The notes below the pieces were generated by a model. The model searched no databases, was not told where the DNA came from, and saw only the letters and a list, made by a program, of their open reading frames with translations. A DNA stretch of 64,000 bases from Tubulanus polymorphus (Eukaryota > Animalia > Nemertea). A program made the position numbers and the translations under genes. The stretch is taken from the NCBI RefSeq assembly GCF_964204645.1, contig NC_134026.1, forward strand, positions 19,502,150 to 19,566,149, read 5' to 3'. Below are positions 23,718 through 37,900 of this stretch, one piece after another (the stretch's first letter is position 1; the number at the start of each line of letters is the position of its first letter).

Positions 23718-24770
23718 AAGCTAGCCATTGTTATTGTCATAATATTGGCCAAATTGGCTTATTCCTTTATTGCGAGTTACTGAGAATAAACCTTGAATTT
23801 TTTCACAAAACTGTTTCAGACACTTTTGTAAGAGAGAATGGGCCAATTGGGCTGGATATGCAGTTGTTTCCTGCTGCGTGATTTTTCGAAAACGGAGACT
23901 CCATTATGAAATGGAATCCAACTCCGCTAAGATGCAATACAAACTCAATCAATCTACATGTACACTGTATCTGTATCTGTTTATACGTTTGAATAACTCC
24001 CAAAAAACGAGTAAATATTTGCTATCATTATCACTGCTTTTACGACGTGATAAATATGAAATATCATCTTACGTAGTGACGTTTTGTCCGCTTTAAACAC
24101 CATAAAAACGCGTAAATTGCGAGTGTGTTTTTGGGAAATTGACTCGTTTGTTTCAGCTAGAGAAATGAAGATTAACGTATTTCCATTATTCTCGAGTTAA
24201 CTGCATAATAATATTTATTCAGAAAGATTTAATCGATAACTACCGCTCGCGGATAGATTCAGATGATAAACAAGGGCCTGTTTATTTTTGTTTTCTCGCG
24301 CGAGATAACAAAAAAATATGGGACTGTTAATAATAAATCGTTTCATCGTGTCTCTATTCGTTTTTATCATTTTGGCCTGAATCGGCCGCCTTACAATTTA
24401 CCATTTTATCCATCCATATTTGTTCTCAGATTCAATGAATGTGCCATATTTTTACATCTTTATCCGAAAGATCGATCTTAGAGGCATGATTTGCAGATAG
24501 CAAACTGAAAATGTTGACCAAGGGTACCCAGTGTAAGGCACGCCATTTGTATTGGTGGGATAACTGGTTTTGACGTTCAAACTTTCATTACGTTAGAAGT
24601 TGAAAGACATAACACATACTTTTGGTTATTGAAACGTTACAAATGAATATGTTGGAGTTAGACTCTTGTTCTTATGGAAATTAAAGTTGTCTGATCGTGA
24701 GTATTGTTTAAACCAACAAACCCATTTGATATACTCTAAATATTAGTTTTTCATCCTTACTGATAGTTTA

Positions 24771-25115
24771 TGGTGGCTGATTCGATCCATAGCGTGAAAT
24801 TCCTGATATGCAAATGAGGGCGACAGAACGCCAGAACGCCCAAACGAAAAAAAAAACGTCAAATTTTCTTTAGAAATCCGTTTTGGCGTGTCGAAACAAA
24901 GAATATTTTGTTTTCGTGCCCCCGCCAAAACGGACTTTCATTTTGAAACGAACTTTCGTTTTGGCACCCCCGCCAAAACGCCAAAACGGAATTTTCTTTG
25001 TTTTGGCGCGCCAAAACGGACTTTCAGAGACAATTTGACGTTTTTTTCCGTTTTGGCGTTCTGGCGCCCTGATTTGCATACCAGGAATTTTACGTTATGG
25101 CCGAATCAGCCACCA
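24771..25115. mobile_element. Foldback-type palindromic non-autonomous element, copy 1
   Basis: ta|TGGTGGCTGATTCG...CGAATCAGCCACCA|ta; almost the whole element is an inverted repeat built of gccaaaacg/cgttttggc modules. Confidence 0.88.
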
Positions 25116-26649
25116 TAGATACAGACTTTTAGATTAAAAATTTCAATATTTGAGGAATTTCGGTTGAACGTTTTAAATACTCTGTGGCTTTGTTACTTTA
25201 TGCATATGTGACATATTGGTGGACCGTACCAATGATTTTTGCCCCGACGGACATCTAAGAACTTCAACAATTTCACTAGTGCAGGTTATAGCAATGACTA
25301 CGTGCCCGATCGAGGAGTAGATTGCTACTCCTCTATCGTCATTCTTTTGTGAAAATGGGACGGCCCGAGGTCGTCATTAATGATGATCAATGTTTTTTTC
25401 TGCTCCAGAATGGCAATGCGACCAAATGAGTGTACGGTTTCAACAATGTACTTTTTCAAGCGTCTGTGTCGAGAATTCTACTTCGGTATAGGTTTCATAG
25501 TTGGGGGTGTTACATTAATGTACACGTGGGAAAGAAAGAGGATCGTGCATATAACATGTATCAAATATGATACCATTGATAACGTTGGTATACGTAGATA
25601 TTTATTTGAAACACTTCGTCTGTCCGTAAGTGACGACTCAAAATAGCTGGTCAAACACTGGCATTTGACGCCAATCTATCTTGCTCGAATAAGAATAATG
25701 TTTTGAAAAAAGCATCTCCAACACTCTTGAGGATTTGTTTGAACACGCCTTTTAAGGAGGAACTTGTAGTTTGTTTTTTAATTGATTCTGTCTGGCAAAT
25801 CAATTTAGATCGTGTCGAGTAAACTCCATTATAAATGGTATACAAGATCTATACGAAACGCAAGAAAAAAAAGAATTATTGAAAAAAAGAAATATTACAT
25901 GTATATTGTAAATGGGAGAGAGTGAAATATGCCGACACGTATTCCAGGGAGCTAAAAATGTCCACCCCAAAAATCCCAAGTGATCTTTTTTCAATTGAGA
26001 TGAATATAAAACAAAGAGAATGTGTATTTTCTCGTGCAAAATGATGAATATACAATGGTGTTGTGATTGTGTATCATTCATGATCAATTTCATGGGATTC
26101 ATTGTTCAACTTCGTGGAAATATCACCAAATTCTTTCCAGCATTTCGAAAAATTACTATCGTCGAGGGGGAGATTAATTGTATATCCCAATAGTGGCTAC
26201 AGCACATGGTCGCCAACAGGACGATGGTCAACCAGTCAATATTCAATGCAGTAAATGGTCACCAACAAGTTGATGGTCAACAAAAATCGATGGTCAGAAT
26301 AATAAATGGTAGTCACTAGTCAATACAATAAATATTCTTGATCTTTGTTGCGGCGTGGTGGCCAACCAGCCATATGTACTTTCAAGCAACTTGTAGAATC
26401 GGATGATGTTCAATCATACGAAGGCAATTGATATAAACCACAACCAAGGGCCAATAAACACATTGGTCAGTGATTTTTCATCATGCTAAACGGCCGTTGT
26501 TCAAGTGCATGGTATGGCCAAGCAAATAATTCATAGTATATAAAACATAGATCATGGTATGATAAATCTTGTAAAAAGGCGAGAAATATTTCCAGTCGAA
26601 CGGCAGCAAGATTGCGATATCTAGAAACTTCATTAAATGCGCGTAAATA

Positions 26650-27274
26650 TGATGGCTGATAAGGGCCATAGCGTAAAATTCCTGGTATGTAAATGAGGGC
26701 GCCAGAACGCCAGAACGCCAAAACGAAAAAAAACGTCCAATTTTCTCTAAAAGTTCGTTTTGGCGCGCCAAAACAAAGAAAATTCCGTTTTGGCGCCCCC
26801 GCCAAAACGAACTTTCATTTTGGCGCCCCCGCCAAAACGAACTTTAAACCACGTAAAATAATTCTATATATACGAAAAATATTTTCATATATGCAAATTT
26901 ATGCGAATTACACTCAAGATCAACGCGCCAAATTTGAAAAATAATTTTACTGTGGTTGAATGCTTGTTTTGGCGGGGGCGCCAAAACGGAAATAACCGCG
27001 CCAAAACGAACTTTTCTTTGTTTTGGCGCGCCAAAACGAACTTTCAGAGAAAATTGGACGTTTTTCGTTGTTTTGGCGGGGGCGCAAAAACGAAAGTTCG
27101 TTTTGGCGGGGGCGCCAAAACGGAATTTTCTTTGTTTTGGCGCGCCAAAACGAACTTTTAGAGAAAATTGGACGTTTTTTTTCGTTTTGGCGTTCTGGCG
27201 TTCTGGCGCCCTCATTTACATACCAGGAATTTTACGCTATGGCCCTTATAAGCCACCATACTTATCAGCCACCA
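26650..27274. mobile_element. Foldback-type palindromic element, copy 2 (longer, with central spacer and duplicated right terminus)
   Basis: Arms of ~190 bp near-perfect inverted repeat (26650-26845 vs ~27065-27258); same termini as copy 1; cttatcagccaccata is repeated at the right end. Confidence 0.9.
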
Positions 27275-27599
27275 TACGTAAACGCATTTTTGAATGTGTC
27301 AATGAATTCGAATATTGTATCTGGCAGTTTGGTTCAATCGCACGACTGTTGATGAAATTGACAATAAAGGAACGGCAGCTTGCTATGCGTTTCAGAAATG
27401 TTCGTTAAAATACCCTGGGATGACACCCGCAATCGAACTTTTTCTTTAGTAGCACCAGTTCTTACAAACCCACCACACCTGCCGGGAACGAAACGGGGGA
27501 GTAAATCGAAGCGTATAAGACCAACAATAGCCATATTCAAATTAGGTCGAACGATGGGTACGGCTCACAGCAACAACAACAACTTACCAATAGATTTTT

Positions 27600-27830
27600 A
27601 ATTACTAGAGATTGAAGACGAATGTCATTTTTTTGTATGTGTCCCTTTTATAACAGAGTAAGACGTGAATACTATTTCTATTCGTCGCCACCAAATCCAA
27701 ACGCAGTTTCTAACTTCACCAAAAACCCAAATTACTCGAAAAAAGTTTGAGAGCGTTTATGTTTCGGCCCTGCTGATAATTGTAGTCGAAGATTCGATCG
27801 AATTAAGAAATTTGGTTTCGAAACTGATTC
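27600..27830 (+). mobile_element. Degenerate LINE ORF2 3' fragment (zinc-knuckle region)
   Basis: Reads EIEDECHFF then, after a frameshift, MCPFYNRVR, matching the EDExHF..xCP.Y..R C-terminal motif of LINE ORF2. Confidence 0.5.
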
Positions 27831-30800
27831 AGTGGGTGATAGGCCTATTTTAACATTTCCTATTCGTGGAGATTCAACATGTACATTTAAATTCACACGA
27901 ACACACCTTAACGATATCATTAAAATCTTCGCACTACTGATTTCCAGTAGTAGAATGAAGAAAAAAGCGGTAGTTATCGGTAAACTTGACGGCATTGATT
28001 GTTGTCTGTCAGTAGATGTCGATTGGTGCACACAATTTTTCGTCTTTGCTATTTTTTTCGTCCATAAGAACTCGTTTCGGGTCGGTAGGGGATGATCGGT
28101 GCTATTGCGTCCATTATTGACCATCAAGTGCAGAGCTTTTTAAGCGATAACTGGAGTGTGAACAGTAACAGTTCACTGCCAATGAACAGATACAGGCCAT
28201 TACATCTGTGTCATTTGTTGTTGATATGTAAACAAAACAAAATGCATCGTTTGTTCATTGTTTCGTGCATTAGTGGTTTTTATATGGTTGAATTGACAAA
28301 TATCCTCCATAACGGCGCCCTTTTCATGACAATGATGGAAAGTGGCATCTGTGAATAGATCTCCGCTGCGTATCACAATACAATACGGGTGTTTAACGCT
28401 TAAGTGGGGTCCATTTTGACTAGAACCACGTGTCATGTGAGTGCAAGTATATATGTAGAAATTATGCACACTGAACTAACTGTGAACTGGATCTAAGTTT
28501 GAATCATGATGAACATCGTATCATAACCGTAAGTCATCTACTTTATTACCACATGTGCTAAAAATGTAATCTGAATATTTGAATAATCATTCGCGTTACC
28601 AATATCTAAAACTTAATAGTTTCATCGATAATTTTTCAAAGGAAAATAAAAATTCAGCTACGCACTTCCATAACACGAAAACCGTATAGGTTTGATTCAC
28701 CCGTGTCGCTTTTCAAGAATAAGTTCAGTCGAAACTTATAGAAAGGATACATCATAAGAATAAGCTCACTTAAGCGCGGGATTTGAATTGAAGGAAAATT
28801 TGCAAAATACATACGAACAAATACGTGCTAGTCGGATTATGAATGTTTAAATTGTGATACATCATTTTTGAAGATTATACTTATTTCGTATACTACGTCC
28901 GTTTTTCAATACAACCCGCAACAGGTGCGACCGGCATTTTCCACGAGTAATTCCAATTCAGCCGGTTTAATTGAATTGAATGCCCCGTGTGAGTACGTTT
29001 TAATATGTCGTTATAGCGCCGATCGGAATACTAACTGCCCTTTAATAAGCGGACGGATAAGACACCTGTGCACCGTTTCGAACGAAATCCGACGTGAAAA
29101 ATAAATTCACAGTGCGTAAATAGGAATTGGTGGAATTGTACCCAGAGAAGTTTGCAAGCTAGTTTCTGTTTGTATTCTATGTATGAACGATCAAATGAAT
29201 CGTTCATACATCTTGACAGACACACTTACTAGTTGGTTAAAACTAATCGAATCAATCGACTGTCACGATTCCAGCAGGTGTGGCGCGTTTGTAAGGGATG
29301 CCAAATCAAACGAAATCTGTATACCTATCAAATAAACAACTGAATAAATCCCTATCTTTAAGATAGAAAACTAATCGAATCAAAAGTTTTGCTGAAAGCA
29401 TTAAATAAAGATATTATTTTTATTGTTACAATTATGAATTTGGGGATATAGTGCATATTTCTTTCTAGCATTTTTACCTCTGGTATTTCTACACCGGCAT
29501 TTTTCCTCTGGCATTTCTACCTAAGGCATTTTCACCACTGGCATCGTTACCGCGTACCATCAACTGCACTGTAATCATAGAATTCGCCTAAATCTGTGAG
29601 GCGTTTTTGAATGCCTGTCGTGTTTTCAATTTCAGTCGAATGCACTTTCTCTTTGTTGTCACAACGCTCACTTCAAGCAGCTCTATTTATCTGTCGAAAC
29701 AGCGGTGGGATGATTCTCTTCTGCCGTCTCTTTTTAGAATCCCCCCGCTTCAATTCCCATTCGAAAAAACACTCGACGGTTCACATTTGTCGATACATTA
29801 AACGTGATACCGACGATGGAAATCCCATCAACGGGCTTCTCCGTCGCATTAATTTCGAATTTCCCCGTTTGTATTCGTTAGAGAGAATGTTCAAAAAGAA
29901 AAGCGTCATAATTAGATAGAAATATTGATCGCGAATCTAAAATGCCACGCGGAAGAAATAAATTGAATATGAGAATTTGATAGACAGAATCGACAGTGAA
30001 AAGAGCGAAATGATATGATTCGTTATAAGAAGAAACTTGGTAATATGTGTTCAGCATTGTTAGTTTAGTTAATAGTTTAGTTACTATTTTATTCATCTGT
30101 ATGATCATTACTATCTGTGCAACTCATATCATCATTCATCTCCACTATCATAATTTCTACTTTTATAATCATTACCTAATTGATCATCTTTACTATTCTA
30201 TTGATTATTAAAATTACTGAAAATTCTTTCGGGGTCGTCCCCGTGAATACTCACGTGCTTCTATAAACATATACATTCGTTCGAAAATTCATAAGAATAA
30301 AGAAAGAAAATGCGTTACAAATTCACGATTAATTGGCCTACACGAGGGGCTTGTTGTTTTAGTGCTTCCGTAAAAACCACCGTCGAGAATAAATCAAGAT
30401 GATCCAGTACGTAGCATAGTATAGTCCCTATTGGCACATTCTTGAAGATTTGCGATACTTTTTCGTTACTGTTGTCCGATGTGGATGAGAGTAGGATCTG
30501 GACGAGTGTATAGGTCTATTTTCTTGACTGTAGTCCTGGACCTTCACCGGACACCGGTGTATTTGGGCCATCCTGCCCGAAAGAAAATCGCCGATCAGTA
30601 TTTCTGGACGCTCAAGTTTCATCATGAGAAAACGCATTCTTTTTCACTATTTGTCGTACTATTTCGAACAATACGTACAACACAGCTGTCACCTTCGGGC
30701 CTTTTCTTTCGTGATTATTTCTGCTTTTTACAAAATTTCCTTTTCAACAATTAGATGCCGTTCTTTCTTTCGGGTTTAACTTATTAAAAGCAACCATCGT

Positions 30801-32803
30801 TAGCCTGAACGATTGCCTTTTCGATTATCTCCGATTTATAAGCAATGTTTTATGATTCAGGAATGGTTTCACGGAAAGTCGTCTATTCTTGGTCGCTGCA
30901 ATTCTTTCCCTATTTACCCATCGTTTAATCGTATTAACGGCAATCAGACACGTTAGATAGTCAACAGCTGCGGTGTATACAATACATCGCATTTGTAAAT
31001 ATAAGAACCCCGGTGCGGAGCCTATCAGTTGTAGTATCTGCCACTGGCGATATACGATATCGTCTCGAGGAAGATGTCCGACCACGGGGAGAGTGGGCGC
31101 ATGCATTTCGATGTGAGGTCTCCAAATTCGGAGATGTAGTCGAATGATTTCCCGATTACAGAATAATGCGAGGTAGGTTTTTTCGTTTACAAATAGTCTC
31201 TCTCTCTCTAGTCGCGTTGCGACGTTCGTTTTCTAATTTGTTTCCGAGCTATGCTGATCAGTCCGTGTAACTAATTCCACGCGCAGAGACGCCAGCAGAC
31301 GTGGAATTCGGGAGCAGACGATCTTGTATCTATATATCACAAATTTTTATGCATCAAAAGATAGATTAATTCAAATGCAATCTCGGGTTTATATAACTGC
31401 CATTGCTTACGTAAGGAATCGTGTTAGCTTAAGTTTTGTAAATTACGTTAGGATCTAATAATCGTATGGATTTGATGCTTGACAACAATTTTTTTGCAAT
31501 AGGGTATTTTCGTTTAAAAAACGCTTAATGCAGCGTAGTTTATAATGTCAGTTTCGATGTATTATTAGTTCAAGAAGTAGCACTATCAAATGAGGAATTT
31601 CCAAGATTTTATAAAATCATATTCTGTGATAAATTCTGTCGTATAAATTTCTTTAAAATCGATTAGAACTAAATAAAAATCAATTAGAATTAATTAGATT
31701 CGTGGGACATCTTCAAGTACAATTCAAGGTTTTAGTAGGTCGATAGGATATTTCGATGATCATCAAAGATTAGTGTAAAATGAAATTGAGCAATACTAAA
31801 TTTTGAAATGAAACGCGAAGGTTAACGCTGCTGGTAAAAGATTGCCTCCTCCATGAAGATGATTTTTGGAACAATAAAGCTTGCGGTGGTAGAAATCACA
31901 ATCCGCTTTGAATATGTAGAAAATCTACTATACAGGTCCAGTTAACATGGAGACGAACATCCATCCGCTTTGTCGGTGTATAAGATTGCTCAGACGAAAT
32001 TGAAATAGTTCAAGTGTTTTGAAAACGCCAGTTTAGTTTTAGACTAGCGTTGATGAGGTAATTACAACCATTATGATGATTGATAAGCGGCAACCATAAC
32101 CAAAAACATGGCAACCATAAACACTAATTCAGACATAATCGGTAGCGTTTGACTTATGTAGCGGTGCTTGGAGTAATCTTTAAAGATGTTCTACTTTTAT
32201 ACAGCTTAGGTTAACTGCGATAATCATCTGATGCCCTTTGTTCTGATTAAGTTATATATAAAGTCACCACATCGAAACGTCTAACGCATCGAAATAGGAT
32301 TATCACTTCTATCTATCATTATTTGAACGTTTCAAAAATTTGATTTATGTTAAAAGAGAATATTACGTAGAAGAAACGAAATTGTATTTAGATGGTCTAC
32401 GACGTGTTCGATTTAGTTGAGTCTCGCTCGCAGTGTTCTTAAAATTCCGGTCATGGCATATGTAGCCTTCCTAGAATCCGACTAGCAAAAGCGTTCATCG
32501 ACGGTGTGAAGGTAACTGTAGACAACTTGTTGCAAAGCAGTTTTCAGCATCCGAGAGAAACTGACCGCATGCAAATCAGTTACTGGAATCTGCCAATGTA
32601 CACTAGCTCGCGACTGATGATCTATCTCCTGCGGACAGTTCGCTCCTTTTCGGCAATGGTTGTAGGACTAATCAGATCCATACATCCTAGACTCAGAATC
32701 TGGTAATATCACCAGCTATGTTTGTCATCCATTATCAGCAACACATGGTGCAAATTTCTGTCACTGAAACAAAGCAAAATGATACATGACATTATGGAGA
32801 ACT

Positions 32804-33099
32804 CTAGATCTCGGCACGAAACCCTACCACGCTAGCCCGAGAGCGCAGCTACATGCGCAGCTTAGATGATGCCATTTTTAGCCAATCAGAAATCCGGTTT
32901 TATATTAGCCGCAAGGTTTTCCATTTATAGTTTATCCGTAAAATTTGCCTCATTTTCGATTATACAACGGACAATCTGATTGGTGCCGCGAGTGCGCAAC
33001 GGATGCGCAAACCTGCGCATCCGTTCTTGTGTGACAGGGTTTCGTACTGTGGCTGAATCTAGCGATGCTATCAGGTTCGAATCCCTGCCGGGGAGGGTG
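32804..33099. mobile_element. MITE-like family with ggttcgaatccctgcc termini, copy 1
   Basis: Shares aaccct(g/a)ccac..ag, tagccaatcaga and gtggctga.tctagcgatgc.atc.ggttcgaatc.ctgccg with 34751-34984 and 39361-39604. Confidence 0.7.
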
Positions 33100-34750
33100 T
33101 CTAGATTTTTGCTTAATACAATATCCCGTTAACGGACGCACGGTAGATCTCGAGACTGGCATGCTACACGCAGTTGCCACAACTGCCTCTTTCTCGCCAG
33201 ACTCGCCTCACTCGCTACTGATGTGATTAGTTGTTCGCCCGATGTACGCTTAGCATTCGATATTAAGATGTATTCGCCGTCTGTTAAGCTGCGATGTATC
33301 AATTCGGTTCAAACATTGAATCAAAGCAAACGAAATAATCGGAATTTTGAATAAGTAGTAATAGGCCCGTCCCGAGCGTTCGACGACTTCTAATCTTAGT
33401 CTGCACAAGTTTTTGCAATGGCGTTCCGGGAATGTCGATGATGGTTAAGTCCATCGAACGGTTCAACGAAACCGCCATCCAGGCAGCTTTACGGCGAACA
33501 TGACGTTGAATATAAAAACTCTCATAAAACGACTTTCTTGTTCGGGGAAAATCACTGCTGATAGTGTGTAGACACTGGACGGAATCAAGCGTGGATACAG
33601 GGGGTTCGAAACTATCTCTTTTCTGTCGAGTGCCCTTTGCAAAGTGACTTTGAAAAATCCGGTTTCTAGCAAACCAAAAAGTAGAAAAGGGCACATTTTA
33701 ACTAGACGAGGCAAACAATTTTTAAACAAAATGGGCACATTCAGTCAGGATTCATCAATTTGAAAAAAACAAGAAAGGGCACCTGTAGTGGTCTTTATCA
33801 ATCCCAAAAATCGAAAAAGGCAAATTGAATACAGAGTTACTAGTCAAAGACTATACGCTGCTTTAGTCAAATGCAGAAGCATCCATTGACCAAACGTATA
33901 ATGTTAATACCATAACGACAAAGATTGTTCGAAGAAATGATAAGTTATGACGGGAAAGGATTCCGAACTTTACATCACTATGCCTTAAAGAGGTCATGCA
34001 GCCGTGTTCTTTTTTTCACGTGGGATCCCATTACGGTGAGCAAACACACTTAATGATAGACACGATGTTTCTAAAACCCCGTTTGTTGCAACGTTGAGCG
34101 GCATGTTACCAGACAAACCGTGATGTATGTACGTGAGTCAAATAATCGTTAGCCTTTGTGGCTGGTGGAAAGAAAACTACGGAAAACCACGCCGATCGTC
34201 GATACAAAATGGTGGCTAGCTTGCAAATGTCCCGTTGTTAATTGGCTGTTTGGGATGGCAATGATGGTATATACGCGTCAACGCCCTTCGATTCGTGCTA
34301 ACTGACTAAAATCTAGTGTCGGCAATGAAAAGAAAAGCGGAATGTAAATTGATATCGACAGCGAATCCTGGCACTTTGAATGGATGTAGTCCTACATAAT
34401 TTGAATTGCTAAATAACTGTTCTATTCAGAACCTCTCAAAATGACTATAAATACAAATCTAAAAAAAATGCGTACATGATAAAACGCATGAGGAAAGTCA
34501 ATAGATTCCATCTTCACAGACCTGATATCTAGCAGCATATACGCTATTTAGCGGTTTCCTATATTGTTATTCAATATTCTAATTAATGCAATTACTGAAA
34601 ATATAAGTATTGAATTTGGCGTATTGTCGCAGTCTGAGAGTATACAACCAAACGATAGATGCGATAGTACTTAATATCCACGTTGGCGGATAATCATACG
34701 ATGATAGGTGATAGATATTTTAGAGCGGAGACTCGCCGCTGGAAAAAATA

Positions 34751-34984
34751 ACCCTGCCACACCAGACCGAATTCGCAGACACGCGCAGCTTAGTGCTGTG
34801 ATAATTAGCCAATCAGATATCTCGTTTTATTCAAGCCCGCGGATTTCCCATTTATATTTCTTCCGTGAAATTTACTGCAATAAACCTGCGCATGTACCTG
34901 CGCAACCGGTCTAGTGTGGCAGGGTTTAGTGCCGTGGCTGAGTCTAGCGATGCCATCCGGTTCGAATCTCTGCCGAGCGAGGAT
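34751..34984. mobile_element. Same MITE-like family, copy 2 (left end truncated)
   Basis: accctgccacaccagaccg is inverted relative to cggtctagtgtggcagggt; ends ggttcgaatctctgccgagcgaggat. Confidence 0.7.
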
Positions 34985-37900
34985 GATATCGCGGCAAAGT
35001 TCGGATGAACGAGTTGATGTGAGCTTGTCATTTGTAGACCGACTTTGCTCATGATGTTTTTCGCTATTTCAAATTCTACGGCATGAAAGATTTTACTTTG
35101 TGACGAAATGAAATGTGACAGCACCCGGAACAAAACAAAGATGATTGCTAAACGATACACATTTTGAGTAGCCTTTCGGTAAAAAAGCTCCGATCGCAAA
35201 GTGATGACGTTCTAGGTTGATCGTGCGGTGGATATCCGCAGCTTAAACGATGTCGGTCCTAATAGAATTTTTCATCCGCATATTCTCGATATGATGGGAG
35301 GGTTTTGTCGATGCGAAATAGCATGGCAACCTAAGTATGTATATTCTTAGTCGAATAAATAATCCATGTATTGGCAACATAGAAAGTTAGTTAGGCCTTT
35401 CTGTCTAGAAAAACCATATCCATAGATCGAAAAAACCAAACGTATTGTACGATCAGTAAGGCGTGTCATCGTGAGACTTTTGTATAGAAACAACCATCCT
35501 TTTATCCTGAAATAGGGATTGACCCTGTTACTTATTTGGTTGGTAAATTTCGTTTGATTTTTTTTTTTTTGATTGAGTGTCCCTTACAGACCCACCTCAC
35601 TTAGGAGGTTTGATTTTGAAACGGCCATGGAGCTGGCCACGCTCCGTATCGTTTATCGTTAAATAGCAGTCGGTATACTGCGCGCATTCCTCTTTCACCC
35701 AGTTACGCGCACAGATACGCTTATGAATTTACTAACTTGATTCAAGTGTTTAATGACTACCTGATCAAACAGGCAAACAAGAACTGCCAGTTGGTCATTA
35801 TATATTGTAAGGTAAATTCTATGATTCTATTACCATCTTATTTAATATGATTATAGTGTTCGTTCTGAGTGTGAAGTTGCTTTTTTATAGTCCCGACTTC
35901 AAATAGGACGTTTCAAAGTGTAGTGCCGCGCTTAGTAGCCATACGCGCGTTTAAACGTAGTTTTGCGTAGAAATCAACTTATGTATTTACCTCCTTTTTA
36001 ATTGTGTATATGTTGTAATTGGTGTTAGTGTATTCGGACTAGGTTGGAATTTATTCACTTCAACTAACAACACGAACAGGTTAGCTAATTCTTCAGTTTC
36101 TATTCGCTTTGTACGGTTTCAGAATTTTATTCGTTCATTTCATCTTCGATCGAAGTTAGCTTGAAATGTGATCTGCGCTTTTTATTCGCTGTCTCTTTTT
36201 TACCAATCACAAACGGCACTTTGATAAAAAGAGGCAGATTACATTTACTCGCGCGCGAGCGCGCTCATTGCGACAACGGCATCAGACGACTGTCAATTGT
36301 GTTCAGATCTTATAGTGCACACATCTTTTTTTTTCATTCATTCGAGCTAAAAATAGATAAGGCGTGTATGTTGAATAGTGTAAAATGGACCCGCTGAATA
36401 TCCTGTTCGTATTTGTTTTACGAATTCGAATCGAATGTGCTTTGTTTTACGAGCTGGCAGGTGAATTCGACTGTTTACACCGAATCGAACATGTTTTACT
36501 ATAACGATCCATGTACCGGGGTCTTCGTAGAGAAAAAAATGTGCGTGGGCAGCTCGGTACGCCGGAGGGTTTTATTTATTTGTTGAATAGTCCCAGGTTT
36601 TCTACGCTCGTATCATGTCGTGTGAAAAATACTTTCGTGGCGCGTAAACAACTAAATTTTTTTATCTTAAGTTAGGCTGAAAAATGATACCTCCTTTCTC
36701 CTATTAAAGCGGCTATGTCTGCAATTTCTATAGCGGCCGGGTCTGTTATGGTTAGCCTGATCATAATATAAGATAGTAATACATGGTACATGGTAGATAG
36801 GCCGCCTGCCGGTTCAACTTTAAAGCTCAGCGACATGAGAAACACGGTATCAATCTTTCAGCCTTGCCGAAGCGATTTTATTAGAGAAATATTCGTAATT
36901 AATACTCATTGGTTGGTTTGGAGAAAGAACTCGGATTTACGGACCAATTAAAGTAGTTTTTAGATCAATGATACGACTATGATTCCTGCGGACCGAAACA
37001 TATATTTTCCGACTTTTGCCTATGGCCTACTAGCTTCGGCTCCTTGGTCTCAAATAAAATAAACTGATATAACACGGGTCTAGTTCACGTATGTCCATGT
37101 TCTAAGAAATCGTTTTCACGCTCCTTTATTTGCCGTCTTATTCAACGAGACATTGTTCTTACGCCGGATAACCGTATTAACACTGCTGTCGTTGGCTGGG
37201 TATCAAGGAGCTATATTTTCCGTTAGGCAAATATTTAAATTGCTGGGATTCAATCAACATTTTTACCTTTGTGGATGAATCCGTCTTCATTCATCGTATG
37301 TAAACAACGGGCGCAGTAAAGGAAATTCAAGAACAATGTATTCTGCCAACTGCGTGGCTGAAGTCGTTTTGTCGTTTTTTATATAATGCGTTTAGTCGGA
37401 AAGTTTTGTAAAATACGTATCTTTGACGTCAAGTTAAACTACATGTATATAGTGCCACTGTTAACTCAAAAAATCTAAAAAACAACATGTTTTTTTAGGC
37501 TATTCATAACACTTTTATGCAAATCTAAATAGTAAAATCGTTGGGGGAAATACGAATTGATATTGAAGTAAATACGTGTAGAATGTTAATAACGCTAGCA
37601 AAAAAAGATATCAAAAAGATTTTTGTTTAAATGATCTAAAATTGCTGCCACTTGCAAACATTGAAATGGATCTCACATATGCCTGAAACCGAGAACGAGA
37701 CATTCTCACGGTTAGAATAGTTTCACGCTTTTTTCTATCGAAAATACCCATCGAAGGCTGCCAATATATGGCACACGCATCACGACTACGAAACAATATC
37801 TGCTCTGGTAGAATAGTCGCAGACGTGGAGAACAGATACTTGGTTTGAAACCCACCGATATATGCATAATAGGATTCAAAAGATTAAAAACTATTCTTTA

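Noticed and set aside
24743-27408. Cluster of overlapping ORFs with FGAPKRT / RQN motifs on both strands
   Set aside because: Products of the palindromic foldback elements; no transposase or other protein motifs.
26200-29560. Short degenerate tandem repeats (atggtca.. at ~26200-26320; ggcatttt.cc at ~29470-29555)
   Set aside because: Too short and degenerate to classify; probably remnants of minisatellite-bearing elements.
33040-33100. Possible tRNA gene (GGTTCGAATCCC)
   Set aside because: No cloverleaf or acceptor stem could be built, and the motif belongs to a multi-copy inverted-repeat element.
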